Assembly: GCA_951406725.2 (NCBI GenBank)
Contig: OX597822.1
Coordinates: forward strand, 92,194,001 to 92,258,000
Length of the DNA: 64,000 bases
DNA from: Octopus vulgaris
Lineage: Eukaryota
Direction of reading: 5' to 3'
The notes under the pieces were generated by a model, which searched no databases, had not been told where the DNA came from, and worked only from the letters and a program-made list of their open reading frames with translations. The position numbers were made by a program, and so were the translations under genes. Below, piece after piece: positions 1 through 12,570 of the stretch (position 1 is its first letter; each line of letters begins with the position of its first letter).

Positions 1-212
1 TTTCACTCATCTATGAAAGTTCATCACACAATCATACAGTCATTCGTCTCAAATTTTGTCTTTCTCCAAATCCCGGAACCATTCCTCCCGCATGTCGTGA
101 CCCCCTCCCCACTGGCTCACTATGTGCTTATCTATCTATCTATCGGCCTTCACCCTGTCTGTCTGCCTCTCTCTCTCTCTCTCTCTCTCTACTATATAAG
201 GTAGTGATCATA

Positions 213-1225
213 CAGGACATGCGTAAGCTTGCAAGGAATGAAGCCAGTATGATCTGATGGATGTGTAATGTCAGTGTGCATACTCAACAGAGTGTTAGTA
301 CCTTGAGAGAAAAGTTGGACCTAAGAAGCATTAGATGTGGTGTGCAAGAGAGATGACTGTGCTGGTATAGTCATGTGGCGAGAATGGATGAGAATAGCTG
401 TGTGAAAAAGTGTCACACCCTAGTGGTTGAGGGAACCTGTGGACCCAGAAAGACCTGGGATGAAGTAGTGAAGCATGACCTTCGAACATTAGGCCTCACC
501 AAGGAAATGACTAGTGACCGAGACTTTTGGACATATGCTGTGCTTGAGAAGACCGGGCAAGCCAAATGAGACCATAACCTGTGGCCTATTCCAGGAACGT
601 AACCAGCCCACTTATGCGTACCTTTTCCTTCTTTGGTCATGAAACTCTGCTTGCGAAGACCTGTTGAGGCAAGTGAAATCAAAATCAAATTCGATGACTG
701 GCATCCGTGCTAGCGGGGTGCAAAGAGCACCATACGAGTGTGATCACTGACAGAGCGGCTAACCGGCTTACGTGCCAGTGACTCATAAAAGGGCACCATT
801 CGAGTGTGATCATTACCAATGTCGCCTTACTGGCACTTGTGCCCGTGCTAGTAGGGTGCCAAGAGCACCATCTAAGCGTGATCGTTGCCAGAGCAGCCAA
901 CTGGCTTCCTTGTCGGTGGCACATAAAAGGGCACCATTCGAGCGTGATCGTTACCAACATTGCCTTACTGGTACCTGTGCCGGTGGCATGTGTAAAAAGA
1001 TTCGAGCGAGGTCATTGCCAGTACTGCCTGACTGGCCCCGTGCTGGTGGCATGTAAAAAGCAGCCACTACACTCTCGGAGTGGTTGCCGTTAGGAAGGGC
1101 ATCCAGCTGTAGAAACTCTGCCAGATCAAGATTGGAGCCCTGGTGCAGCCATCTGGTTTGCCAGCCATCAGTGAAAATCGTCCAACCCATGCTAGCATGG
1201 AAAGTGGCCGTTAAACGATGATGAT
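213..1225 (+). mobile_element. 5'-truncated RTE-clade LINE: degenerate ORF C-terminus, 3' UTR with ~65-bp repeat array, (GAT)n tail
   Basis: Translates to RTE C-terminal motifs (…WMCNVS…, WYSHVARMDE, PRKTWDEVVKHDL, DRDFW) with stops. The conserved tail GTTAGGAAGGGCATCCAGCTGTAGAAAC…GTTAAACGATGATGAT is shared with many copies in the window. Confidence 0.85.
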
Positions 1226-1968
1226 ATATATTTATACATTTATATATATATATACTAGCATTAAAGACCCGTCGTTGCCGGGTCATAGTGCTAGTGCATG
1301 TATATATGTGTATATATATGTGTACATATTACATGTTCATCTATATATATACATCTACACATAAAATACAAAATACAAAGTTATATCTTGATATCGCTAG
1401 TGATAACAATACTCAAAATATATAACAGACTGGAATTGCTAGCCCGACTCTTCTAATTTCGATCAATTGTATCTTGTCCTCCCTCTTGTATAGAAGTGTG
1501 GCTACAATCCAGCCTACCTCTACTTCTGGGGTGGGGGTGGGGACATTTTAAACTTTTTCGGGACGTCCTACGTCCCAGATATAAAGGTAAAAATAATATA
1601 TTTCCACTTTGCAAGTTCGAGTCGAGTACTCCCTTGCTTCTATTGTGGCGAATTTAACGCCTCTGATTAGATACCTTTCATAGTCGCACCAAGACACTTT
1701 TCGAAGGTGCTTTCCTCCATGTTGTTTTATTATTACCCACAAGGGGCGAACACAGATGGGACAATACATTCTGATGATGGGGTCAGACAAACGAATGGGT
1801 TTTTACAATAAATCGGGTTTAGAAATTTTCATGAATAACAATAAATGGACAGAAATCGAGTGATAGGACAGACCGGAAGACATTACGGGTGGAGTGGGTG
1901 CGGGTTTAGCTCGGACCCCACGAGCCCCGCCTCCCCACTGATACTTTTGGTTGCACTTGGTATTACAT

Positions 1969-4900
1969 TTATGTTGTAACTTTCATTCGCAACTTCCGTG
2001 CTACATCCTTCCATCGTTCTTCATACACTCTCCTAGTCAGGCATATTCTCTCCAGCCCTATCTTCCTTTTCAGGTGAAAGATGAAATAATTCATCAAACC
2101 AGGGCCGGAGATGAACTTGCCTGACTGTAAACCTTTCATTCTCGTCTTCCATATCACCTCTTTCGCGATTGCTACTACAACGAGAAAACGAAACTTACCT
2201 TCATTCACGAGGAAATCCGGTGGGTCAATTTTTGTAATCGACTCAGTCGACAGCTGTACTCTTCGTGTACCTGACAACAGGTGTTCGGCATAAACCCACA
2301 CCTCAGACACGTCCGGACAATGAACAATCGCGTGCGGGACGGTTTCCCTATCCCGCCCGCATCTTGGACATATCGGACTGTCTTGGCCACCGTGCCTTGC
2401 GAGTTTATCCCGAACAGGTAGAGCTCCTCTGTAGCATTGCCATGCCAGAGACTTCTGGAAGTTGTCCAGTGTCCTTGGCTCGAACGTACGTCGGAACAGA
2501 CTGGCCAGCTGGTTATCGTCGAGACCTAGGGTTTCCCCAAGGTATCTTCACATTCCGCCTCTACCAACCCTCTATAGAAGAAAGTGGTGGAACCCCCACC
2601 GCAGGCGTTGCCCGAGCGACGGAATAGCAGGAGAGCCTTGCGACACTCCGTGTACCAAGTACCAAGTTTCGATCTACGATTCAGCCAGGTTTCCCATCCA
2701 CCGAAACTAGTGAACTTGGGAAACATCAGTTTTGCTAGCGAAGACCACACCCGTTCACCATCCAGGTAGAGCCACAGATGTCTTAACCTCAGCGCATGTC
2801 TGCGCATCATCAGCCAAGGCATCCCTAGCCCACCCTTTAACGGTTGTTGACAGCAAGTAGAGCGTTTCACAAGTGGTTTCCCGCCCTTCCACAAGAAGTA
2901 GAAGAGCTGTCTTTCCAACTTGATCAACCACGAATCAGGGCAAGGAACGACGGAAAGGCGGTAGGTGATAACCGATGCGATAAACACATTGGCCACCTCC
3001 GCCCTCCCTTTCAGGGATAGCCACCGCCAAGACCAGGTCTTGGCTACTGCAGCCACCTTGCTCGTTACCTCGCCCCAATTCTTCTCTATTTGGAGGTCTG
3101 GACCGAACCAGACCCCTAGCAGTTTAATCGGACCCTCCGTCCAACGTCCCACGACGCTGTCAGGAGGCATCGACTTGCCTCTCCAGGTGCCGAGTTGCAA
3201 GCCGACTGACTTTTCGCGATTAACTTTTGCTCCTGTCACCGTCTCGTACACCTCTATGGCCTTGCCTACTTTACATAGGTGGTCCATTTCGGTTACGATG
3301 ATGGTGATGTCATCCGCGTACGCTGACACTGATTTTCCATTACCTGGCTGTCTCGGGATGCCGCTCAGTTTTCGCAGTAATGGCTCAAGAGCCATCACGT
3401 ACAAAAGCGGGGAGAGCGGACACCCTTGACGAACCGAGCGTTTGATTTTGAACGGCTTCGACAAGAAGCCGTTCACCCGAACTACCGAGTCGATGTTATC
3501 ATAAATTTCGATAATCCACCTGAGGAATCCAAGGCTCAGCCCGAACTGTGCCAGGGCAGATACCAGGTAACGATGGTCGACCCTATCAAAAGCTTTAGAT
3601 TGGTCTAAATGGACCAGTGCCCCACCCTTGCCAGAATCACTATTAAACCCCTCTATAGTGTACCGCATTAGATGGAGATTATCCTGAATGGATCTGCCCG
3701 GAACGGCACATGTCTGTGCCCCTCCGATCAGACCATCCGCGACACGCGCCAATCTTTTCGATAACACTTTGGCCAAAATCTTCAACTCTGTGTTTAGCAG
3801 AGTGATGGGCCTGAAATTATCAATGCACTCCCCCTTGCTCGGGTCCTTTCTGACGAGAGTCACTACTCCCCGGCGCACAGATCTGGGTATAAGCCCGTTC
3901 TGCTGCCAGTTCGCGTAGACCTCCGCCAGTAGGTGCCCGAACAAGTCTGGCATACTCTTATATAACTCATAGGGTAGACCATCCAAACCCGGCACCTTGC
4001 CCGCGCCGCAGTCCGCCATTGCCTCAACCACCTCCTCAGGCGTGATTGGCCCTTCACAGCCCTCCGCATCTCGCCCCGATAAGCGCGGCAGACCGTCGAG
4101 TAGGTCCGTAAAGGCCCTCCTCCTATCCAGTCCGCCGCACTCACCGAAAAGCTGAGCGAAGTGCTCCTGAAAGGCCTCACACATCTCCTCGGGTTCGTTT
4201 ATCAACTCACCTTGTTGGTTCGTCAAAGATCGAATCGTGGCATCGTTACCATGCTGAGCTTCCACCACTCGGGCCCATCTCACGGCGTTGATTCCTTCAC
4301 ATCCCATATGACGGATTCTAGCCCTGACAATGCAGCCCATGTGTTTGGCCTCGAGGTGCTGGTTTAACACCAGTCTCTTGGCCGCCACCTGAGCCGCAGA
4401 GCCAGTTTTCATGGCTTCCTCTAATTCCTTAACTAGAGTAGTTTCCCTTCTAGCCTCTCTAGCCACTACTCCTATGCTATATCTAATAGACTCAAACTTG
4501 ATGGCTCGTTTGAGGGCGTACCACCATTTGTTATTAATGATGGTACCAGATAGTGCCCTCTGAATTATATTCCTAATCCGGTCTTTGTACTCCTTAATCG
4601 CCAAAAGGGACGTATTAAGTTTCCAGTAACCGGATCCTCTATTTTTAACCTTATCTATGTCAAGCTTACAAGTGACCATTTTATGATCACTGTAGCTGAT
4701 CGGGTAAAACTGTGGACACTTAGCTATTTTACTGTCTACTTTTCTAATTAGTATTCTATCTAGATACGACCTGGAAGATCCGTCGCTGTTTGACCATGTC
4801 CACAATGGAGCGTTCGGAAATTCCAGCCTATAAGGATCTGCTAGCTCAAAGCGGCTTAGCAGTTCCATGAAGCCACTGTTGCCTTTTCTATCTGGACACG

Positions 4901-5363
4901 AGCCAACATAATCTACATCCGCTTTGCAAATTGTGTTAAAGTCTCCTAGCACCACTAATGAATGCGAAGTACCAAGAAAGTTTTCTAGTTCACGAAAATA
5001 ATCACTTTGCCCTGTATGGTTGGGTGCGTAAATTGCAACCAGTCTGATAACTTTACCATTACTGAACGTCAAATCCATGACGACCAGCCTACCTTCTGGA
5101 TCTGCAAAAATTAACTTTTTCTCAGAAACCCGGTTTCTTTTTAATAGGACCAACACCCCACTCCCGCCTGTAGGACTGCCAGGAGAGAAAAAACTCTCGT
5201 AGCCGTCAAACAGCGGGAGTAGACCTCTTGGCCCCTCTAGCCGGGTTTCTGTAGCAACAATAACATCTAAATTACGCGACCTGATATCATGCAGGAAGCG
5301 ACCTTGCTTCCAGCCTGCTCCCAGGCCGCGCACATTTAAACAACCAACATAAATGTAATCCAT
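1969..5363 (-). CDS. Tx1/L1 ORF2: AP endonuclease + reverse transcriptase + C-terminal Cys/His zinc motif; one frameshift near 2535
   Basis: APE motifs LNVRGL, ATETR, IYAPN, LGDFN, LDRIL, SDH. RT motifs FRPITLLN, LDQSKAFDRVDH, VRQGCPLSPLLY, AYADD. Adding one base in the GGGG run (~2535-2538) joins the 945-aa ORF to …LAWQCYRGALPVRDKL…CPRCGRDRETVPHAIVHC… and the 1969..2310 ORF, giving ~1130 aa. Confidence 0.92.
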
Positions 5364-5377
5364 TACTTACCTTTATA

Positions 5378-6726
5378 TCAGTGGTTCGGTTTTTCTTCTT
5401 CTTCCTTCTCTTTTTCTGGGCCTCGTGGGGGAGTCTGACGTAGGCCCTCGAATATATGTGGAGATGTTACATCCAACCTAAGTGGGCCTACGTCATGGAA
5501 GAATTCTGACTTTATCCGCCCGTAATCCTTCCGGTCTATTTTGTAAATTGCAAAGTCATTTTTTTCTCTACTCTCTTCACATTGGCCATGGCTGCCAACA
5601 CGTTTCCGAGTCTGCTATTTGATGCTTTTACGGCCATATATGAGTTCATTGACTCTTTTTTCTTTTTTAAAATTACTCTGGGAGGGGTGGTTTCCGTTTT
5701 TCTTTTTTTTTTTCCGATAATTTTTGCCCACCCCTCCTCATTTATCTTTTCCTCGCTCTTTTTTTCTCCGCCGCTGGTTCTGCTGTTACCATCACCTCCA
5801 CACCTTCAGTCTTCCCTTCTGGGCCGTCTGACGCTGCTTCTGGTGACACATTGTCTTCTTTTCCTTTTGGCTTAGGTGCTTCCTGCGGTTTGGGTTGGGG
5901 CTGGCATTCCGCCCTTACATGCCCCTTCTTACCGCAGCCGAAGCACCTCGGCTTTCTGCCCTCTACGAAGACTGTGACTCTTTCATCTTCGCTTATCCTT
6001 AGAGTCTCTGGGATCTCTTCCAGGGTTTGTACTTCTGCTTGTATGGCTATTATTATCTTTTGCCCTTTCCAGAATTCTTCTTCTTCTACGGTGGCCTGGA
6101 GGATGTTTATTTTTTTCCTCCAGGCCTACCATAACTGCTGCCACTAGGACTTCGGCATCCGCTTCTGGCGGGATGTTGTTCATAGTGATTTTGGAAGTTC
6201 TCTTGCCTTTATACAGGGGTAGGAGAACAATATCCTCCGCTTTTATGGGTTCCATGGATAGCTTCTTCGCTACCTCCTCTGACGTGAATCTCACCTCCAC
6301 TGTGCCGTATTTCTTCCCTCGATTGATATACGTAATTTTATCCATTATTGGCTTTAAGCAGTTTTCAATCTTTTTCTCCTCTATTTTTTGGATTGCTCTG
6401 TTTGTTATACTGAATGTCTTATAGATTATTCTCCTATTCGAAATATCCTCCTGTATTTGGGCGTTTGAAGCCACGGTTACTTCCGTGCCCTCTTTTGACA
6501 CACAGTCCGCATGTTTTCCCAGGTTGTCCACGTTAATTTTTTTAATTTTCTTCCCAGCCACTTCAGCGAATTTTTTTGCTGGAGTTGATGCTGGTACTGG
6601 TTTTACCATTTTCTTGGGCGACGCCGCCTCTTTTTTTCTTGGCGACAACGCCTCTTTTTTACTTGGCGACAACGCCGGGTATTCATCCTCGCTCGTCACG
6701 GGCGAATAAGTGATGGGGGACTCCAT
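5378..6726 (-). CDS. Tx1/L1 ORF1 (gag-like nucleic-acid-binding protein, CCHC knuckle); three frameshifts in A7 runs
   Basis: ATG at 6726. After a shift at 6110-6116 it reads …VEGRKPRCFGCGKKGHVRAEC (CX2CX4HX4C, ~5905-5945). Further shifts at 5759-5765 and 5559-5565 extend it to …EEEEKPNH* (TGA 5378-5380), 14 nt before the ORF2 ATG. Confidence 0.8.
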
Positions 6727-7308
6727 TTTGAACAAATGGCTTTAACAAGCCTTTGGTAATCTAAATTGATTGTAGTTTTCCCCCACTGAGGGGGGAACAC
6801 CAACGCGAAGTCTTCGCGCGAAGGTTGACTTCGTCCGTTAGACAACAATGGACAAAAAAAGGTAGACCAACAGTATATAATAACAGAGATAAGTAGTATG
6901 AGAGCAAAAATATATATCAACTTACTAATAACGCAATAAATTGATTTCCTCCATGTGTTCAAACCCTTTTTTTTCTCTACATTGTATACTTTATAGACAA
7001 TAGTCTTTTCTTTAATTTAATTTTTTATCATCCATCTGGACTACTCCATTTCTGCACGCTAATTTTATTTTTAATTTATTCCCATTCATGTGAAACCACT
7101 TATTCAAGTTCAAATCATTGATGCAATTTTATACCAATTGCTATTTTTACTTTTATTATGTTACAATTATATTATACTTTAGTTTGATTTTAATTATGAC
7201 TTACTACATATAATTCAATTGTTATTATTATTTTTATTGTTAAAGTGAAAGTATCTGACATAAAATAGAGAAACGTTTTTGTTTCACTTTTAACACGTAA
7301 TACTGAAA

Positions 7309-7577
7309 TAGTGGAGAAGATATGATATTGCTATGGGCTCGCTCTAGGCAAGAAGTTGAACATTTTTTTGCCCATGAAACTACATGGACCCTAAGTAAGG
7401 CATGTGTAAAATTTGAATGGAATTGGTTGTGTAGTTCTCAAGTTTTAGAGAATCGTAGTGGAGAAGATATGATATTGCTGTGGGCTCGCCCTAGGCAAAA
7501 AGATAATGCTCCCCGGACCCTAAGTAAGGCATGTGTAAAATTTGAATGAAATTGGTAGTGTAGTTCTCAAGTTTTAG
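7309..7577. repeat. Two tandem ~130-145-bp units inside the Helitron
   Basis: TAGTGGAGAAGATATGATATTGCT…GGACCCTAAGTAAGGCATGTGTAAAATTTGAAT…GTAGTTCTCAAGTTTTAG occurs twice. Confidence 0.85.
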
Positions 7578-9941
7578 GGAAACACACACAGACAGACAGA
7601 CACACATTCTCAGTTTTATATTTATAAAGATATATATATATAGGCTGTGTTGTTTTATGCTTTTTTTTTTCTAAATTTTTCAAGCATTTCCTGAAAAATC
7701 TTCCTGTTGTAGTAGGCTATTCTTTATTATAAGAGTGATATAATGTTGAATGTAATTACTTTTAGCCAGTGTTTCTCTTCAGAGACAGTGTCATGTATAA
7801 TACTCACTCTTATTAAAGCACTTAACAAGTGGTGTTTTTTACAGCCTGCTGTGTAAGTCATATCATTTCATATCCCCATTTAAAAAAATTTCTTTATTAG
7901 CTTAATTTGTTTTTAACCGTTTTATAATAATTTGCTTTGTAGTATACATATATAAATATATTTTAAATATATGTGCGTGTGTCCTTATTTAATAGTAATC
8001 ATAAACATTACCACTATTCACCATCATTTACATCTCTTGCTGCTTGTGATCAGTTTTGTAGATTTTCATATTAGCTCTGGAACCCATCATACTCAAAACT
8101 TTCAATTTTCATCTATTACACTACTGAATAAAAAAAAAACAGGAAAGAAAAAGCATTTCATGATAAAAAATGCCGTGAACTTTGTGTTGTAGTTTTTCAT
8201 TTGTAATTATTTGTATCTGAGATAAATATTAGTAAATATATTTGCGTCTGTTTATAAATACTGTAGACAACTATTTTCAGTTTACAGTGTAGATTAAGTG
8301 CATTCATAAATATTTTGATGAAATTCTCAAACAGAACTACTTATATGCTTGAGAATTAATTTTCTTTTCCCTATAGTTGTAGATTTTGGCAAAACAAACT
8401 GTACTGCTTTTTCATTGTTGCTTCAACCTTAACTTATTTCCATAAACAAATTTTTTTTCATGCGATTTACAATCCTAGTAAAACCAATTTTTTTCTTTTA
8501 CATAGTGTTTCTTAATGACTGTTCTGTTCGTTGATATCTATCCGTATTTTTACCACAATTTATTCTAGAATGGTGTAATTCTAGAATGCAAAAATATATC
8601 CAGGACAAAGTAGATTGCACAAGTTTACTAAATTCAAACTCTGTTATAGACCATGAACACATTCTTACACAGGGTATAGTTTTGCTTGCTTTAGTTTTAG
8701 TGGTTGATGGTCATAAAGCATCCCATTGTAAGAACACTGTTCTTATTATGTACAAATGTATATCATCCATCTCACTCCTTAAAACTGTTCAACTGTTGAA
8801 CTTTCCTTATAATTGGTTTAGTGGCATGAAATGAATGCTTTAAGAGCTGAGTTGTATTTTAAACAAGCACCACATCTCTTTGTTGTCTTCCGTTAAATAG
8901 ATATCTCCTGTTGATGGCTAATAGAGTTTAAATCACATGTAAAAGAATATGGCCATTTTTCCCCCCAGGGGAATTGTTTCCATTTATTAACTTATCTAAA
9001 ATGATACTATATTTTCCTAGAACTGTTATCAAAGTTTTTTGTTTATCTTGCTTTGTTTCTTGGCTAATTCTGTAATGCATTTGAAGGTTTGCCTAGTTAG
9101 TCCATAAATATTGCCTCTACTCACCATAAACTATCCATAATTTTCTGAAAATTATTCTTTTTATCCATTGTTGTCTTATTGTCGATGCCCTAACTATTTA
9201 TTGAAGTTCACAATCCTTTTCGATTTGGCAACCAGCTTTCATTTAGTATTATTGAATAACTTCTACACCAAAACAATTTTGTAAAATGTCTACAGTGTAT
9301 TTCCAGAACACTTTGATGCTTTTCTCTATTTATACAACTTTTCAGAGCTTGTTAGAGTGGGTTCAATGTTACGCTTGCACTTCATTAGTAATTTGCTTCC
9401 ATTTCTATAACTAGCGAGTTTACTCGTTACTTCTCTTCTCTTAACTTCTGTTGTGTTCACTTCTTTTCAGGACAGTTTTATTCATAATTATATTTCTCTG
9501 ACTACTCTGCTAAATGTTCTATTGCTTTGATTATTTTTTGAATAAATAAATCTAGAATTTGAGACATTTTAACTGAAGGGTTGTATAATGCCAAAAGAAT
9601 CACTTATATCATTCTAATTTAATAGTAATTAAATCACAGTAGTTATTGAATTAATTTAAAACATTGTTTTTTGTTTTATAGAAAAATTAACCAAAGTATT
9701 GGATATATTTGAATTGCTTTTTCATTCAACATTATTTTGCTATTAAGCTTCTGGTGGGGTGGGGCTGGTGGATGCATTCTTGGTGTTTTCATAGCTATAT
9801 AATACAGTTGAAAGTTCATTAACTTAAGGTGACTGACGAGTTAAATAGAAAATATTCATTCGTATACTTTTTTTCAATTATTGAAGCTGGTCATAAACAA
9901 ACCAATGGTGGTTGTCAAGTGCTGAAAGACAAACACAAACA

Positions 9942-9943
9942 AG

Positions 9944-10026
<83 letters not shown>
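9942..10026. repeat. (CT)n(CA)n compound microsatellite
   Basis: Direct reading. Confidence 0.95.
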
Positions 10027-10028
<2 letters not shown>

Positions 10029-10439
10029 TTTATCTAATTTTTCTCTCTCAGAAATCACTTTTTCATTTTACTTTTCCTTCCACTTCTGCTTGTATGCCTT
10101 ACATTCACCTCTTTCACATTCCTCTAGCACCTTCATGTACCTCACTAATTTTCTTCCCTTACAGAACAAAAAAAAAAAAAACTTTGATACCAGTGTTTAT
10201 TGTACCCTCTTGTTAATAACTTTTTTCTACATTATGGTATCTCACACTGAAACTCTTACATACACTCCTATCACCACCACAACCCTGCATTTCTCACACC
10301 TGTTTTACGGCATGCTTATGTCTGCTTACACCTCCTTACTTCCATGTTTTCTTCACACTTATTATTACACACACAAACACACACACACACACATCAACAC
10401 CAACAGCGTCAGTAATCCACACCACCATGCTTTCAGTAT

Positions 10440-10800
10440 ACCCATGTCCACTGTTAATTAGGTCACATATGTATCAAAAGCTGTCAACTATTGCTCATGA
10501 ACCTTTTGAAAGAGATTATTTTACCGCTACCTGCTTTTGTGCATTTGCCACATACAAAGTCTAACTTCTTTGCCAGCATGCCTATGATCCTACAACATTT
10601 CTAGCGTGTTCCTGATTTACAAAGTGTACACTATATAGACTTTGTACCTTGCCCTTTTCTGCATATTTAGCAGAATTTTTTTTATTTTCCTGGCATTAGG
10701 CAGTAGTAGAATTCAGTCTTCTTTCCAAATTGCTAAAGCTCATTTTTGCTAAGTTTAATTTGAAGTCTTTCAGGTTTTGCATCCATATCTGGAATTTCTT
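10440..10800 (-). mobile_element. Old RTE RT fragment including the Cys-rich insert
   Basis: Minus-strand translation CRKGQGTKSI*CTLCKS…KCCRIIGMLAKKLDFVCGKC, preceded by an LKTSN*T*QK-like (GLKVN..K) segment. Homologous to 28060-28280. Confidence 0.55.
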
Positions 10801-11237
10801 TCCTAAATCTTTTACTGATTCAGCAAGAACTAGTTAATCAATGGAGATGCTACATTGATAAACTAGGATCCCTACCTGCATGCTAATTTCATTTCTAAAC
10901 TTAATACTGACTCTCACCTTACTGCCTGCACCTCTGTACACAGCTTGTACAACTATTTATTTCCATCTAAATCTATTTTTGAAGATAAATCCGTCATTAT
11001 TTAATACCCATGGATCATGCTGGCATTGTCAGAATGTTTCACAGGATCCAGTAAGTTCAAGGACTGCAGTGTGCTCCATTGTCTACTTTGGTATAGTTTT
11101 TATGGTTGGGTACCCTTTCTAATTCTGATCAGTACTAAACTACAATATCAAAAAATTAATTGCTTTTCCTTCTAATGCACAATTATAAAAACCATCCTTC
11201 TTGATGATAGCACAAATATCAATAACTCATAAGAGTT

Positions 11238-12175
11238 CATCTTCATCATTGTTTAACGTCTGTTCTCCATGCTACCATGGGTTGGATGGTTCGACCGGGG
11301 TCTGGGAAGCCAGGAGGCTGCACAAGGCTCCAGTCTGATCTGGCAGTGTTTCTACAGCTGGATGCCCTTCCTAATGCCAACCACTCCGTGAGCGTAGTGG
11401 GTGCTTTTTACTTGCCACCGGCATGGAAGCCAGCCAAGGTGGTGCTGGCATCGGCCACGTATGGATGGTGCTTTTAACGTGCCACCGGCACAGGTATCAA
11501 TTACAATTTCCATTTGATATTTATTTTGATGTTGATGTACTTGACTCAATAGGTCTCCTCAAGCACAGCAGGTCATCCTGCGATCCAAGGCACTTTGGAT
11601 GGGCTGGGGCTTCTATGTGAAGCTGGTGCAGGAAACAGCCATGAACTCTCGTTATTTGTCAGGTCTTCGCAGTCATAGCATATCTCCAGAGGTCTCGGTC
11701 TTTCATCATTGCCTCTGTGAGACCCAACGTTTGAAGGTCATGCTTGACCACCTCATCCCATGTCTTCCTGGGTCTACCTCTACTCTGGATTCCTTCAACT
11801 GTTTGGGAGTGGCACTTCTTTACACATCTCTCCTCATCCATCCATAGTACATGACCATACCAGCGCAGACGTCTCTCTTGCATGCCACATCCAATGCTTC
11901 TTATGTCCAGCATTTCTCTCAGTGCACTTACACTCTGTTGTGTATGCACACTGACATTACCCATCCAGTGGATCATGCTAGCTTCAATTCTTTCAAGCTT
12001 ACACATGTCCTCTGCAGTCACAGCCCATTTTTCACTACTGTGAAGCATGGCAGTTCGCACACATGCGTTGTACCTTTCACTCTGAACGAGAGACCCTTTG
12101 TTACCAGTAGGGGTAGGAGCTTTCTAAACTTTACCCAGGCTATTCTTATTCTAGTGGAGACACTCTCTGAGCACT
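11238..12175 (-). mobile_element. 5'-truncated RTE LINE (ORF C-terminus, 3' UTR, (GAT)n tail)
   Basis: ORF 11659..12060 RRLRWYGHVLWMDEE…RSRGRPRKTWDEVVKHDL. The tail matches 1080-1225. Confidence 0.88.
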
Positions 12176-12354
12176 TTCTGATTCATCTACTCACTTTATC
12201 TTACTCTCAAACTCACCTCCTTTTTCAACTGGAGTCTTCGTGTATCTACTAAAGACATCTATCCCTATCCCTCTATACCTTTAATCTCTCATTAATTGGC
12301 ACAAAGCCCCCCACTACATTACTACTCTCCACTCCCAGCTGAAGTAGTTTTGTT

Positions 12355-12570
12355 GATGTTGGTGCCACATAAAAGCACTGGTGCTGGTGCCACATACAAA
12401 AGTGCTCAGTACACTCTGTAAAGTGGTTGACATTAGGAAGAGCATCTATCCTTGGAAATCATGCCAAAACAGATAATGGAACCTGGTGCAGCTCCCAGCC
12501 TTACCAGCTCCTATCAAACCATCCAGCCCATGCCAGCTTGGAAAATGGATTTTAAATGATGATAATGATA
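12355..12570 (+). mobile_element. RTE 3' tail fragment
   Basis: GTGGTTGACATTAGGAAGAGCATC…GGAAAATGGATTTTAAATGATGATAATGAT. Confidence 0.7.

Larger units (their letters stand above)
1723..6944 (-). mobile_element. Full-length Tx1-group (L1 clade) non-LTR retrotransposon
   Basis: Two ORFs, ~220-nt 5' UTR, ~245-nt 3' UTR ending GTAATAATAAAACA. Flanked by direct repeat TTTCCTCCATGT at 1711-1722 and 6945-6956 (TSD). GC content is clearly above the flanks. Confidence 0.92.
1255..7630 (-). mobile_element. Non-autonomous Helitron, interrupted by a Tx1 LINE
   Basis: On the minus strand it starts A|TCTTTATAAATATAAAACTGAGAATGTGTGTCTGTCTGTCTG (7630) and ends …TGCTAG|T (1255). Hairpin GACCCG-7nt-CGGGTC (1266-1284) lies 11 nt from the end. 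Inserted at an AT with no TSD. Confidence 0.85.

Noticed and set aside
655-668. GAAGACCTGTTGAG similar to LSU rRNA GAAGACCCTGTTGAG
   Set aside because: Only ~14 nt, and better explained as a duplicate of the RTE ORF end at 538-569.
698-1075. CRISPR-like repeat array
   Set aside because: Whole units are homologous with no unique spacers, there are no cas genes, and it is an RTE 3' UTR in animal DNA.
5361-5365. TAATG overlapping stop-start at the ORF2 ATG (SART1-like translational coupling)
   Set aside because: The reconstructed ORF1 ends at TGA 5378-5380, 14 nt earlier, so the overlapping TAA is not its stop.
2111-6709. Plus-strand ORFs overlapping the Tx1 element
   Set aside because: Antisense shadows of the minus-strand ORF1/ORF2.
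8586-8834. LVLVVDGHKASH resembling the pogo/DDE_1 LLxxDGHxSH motif
   Set aside because: No other transposase motifs or TIRs are recognisable nearby. It may be an ancient remnant but cannot be supported.
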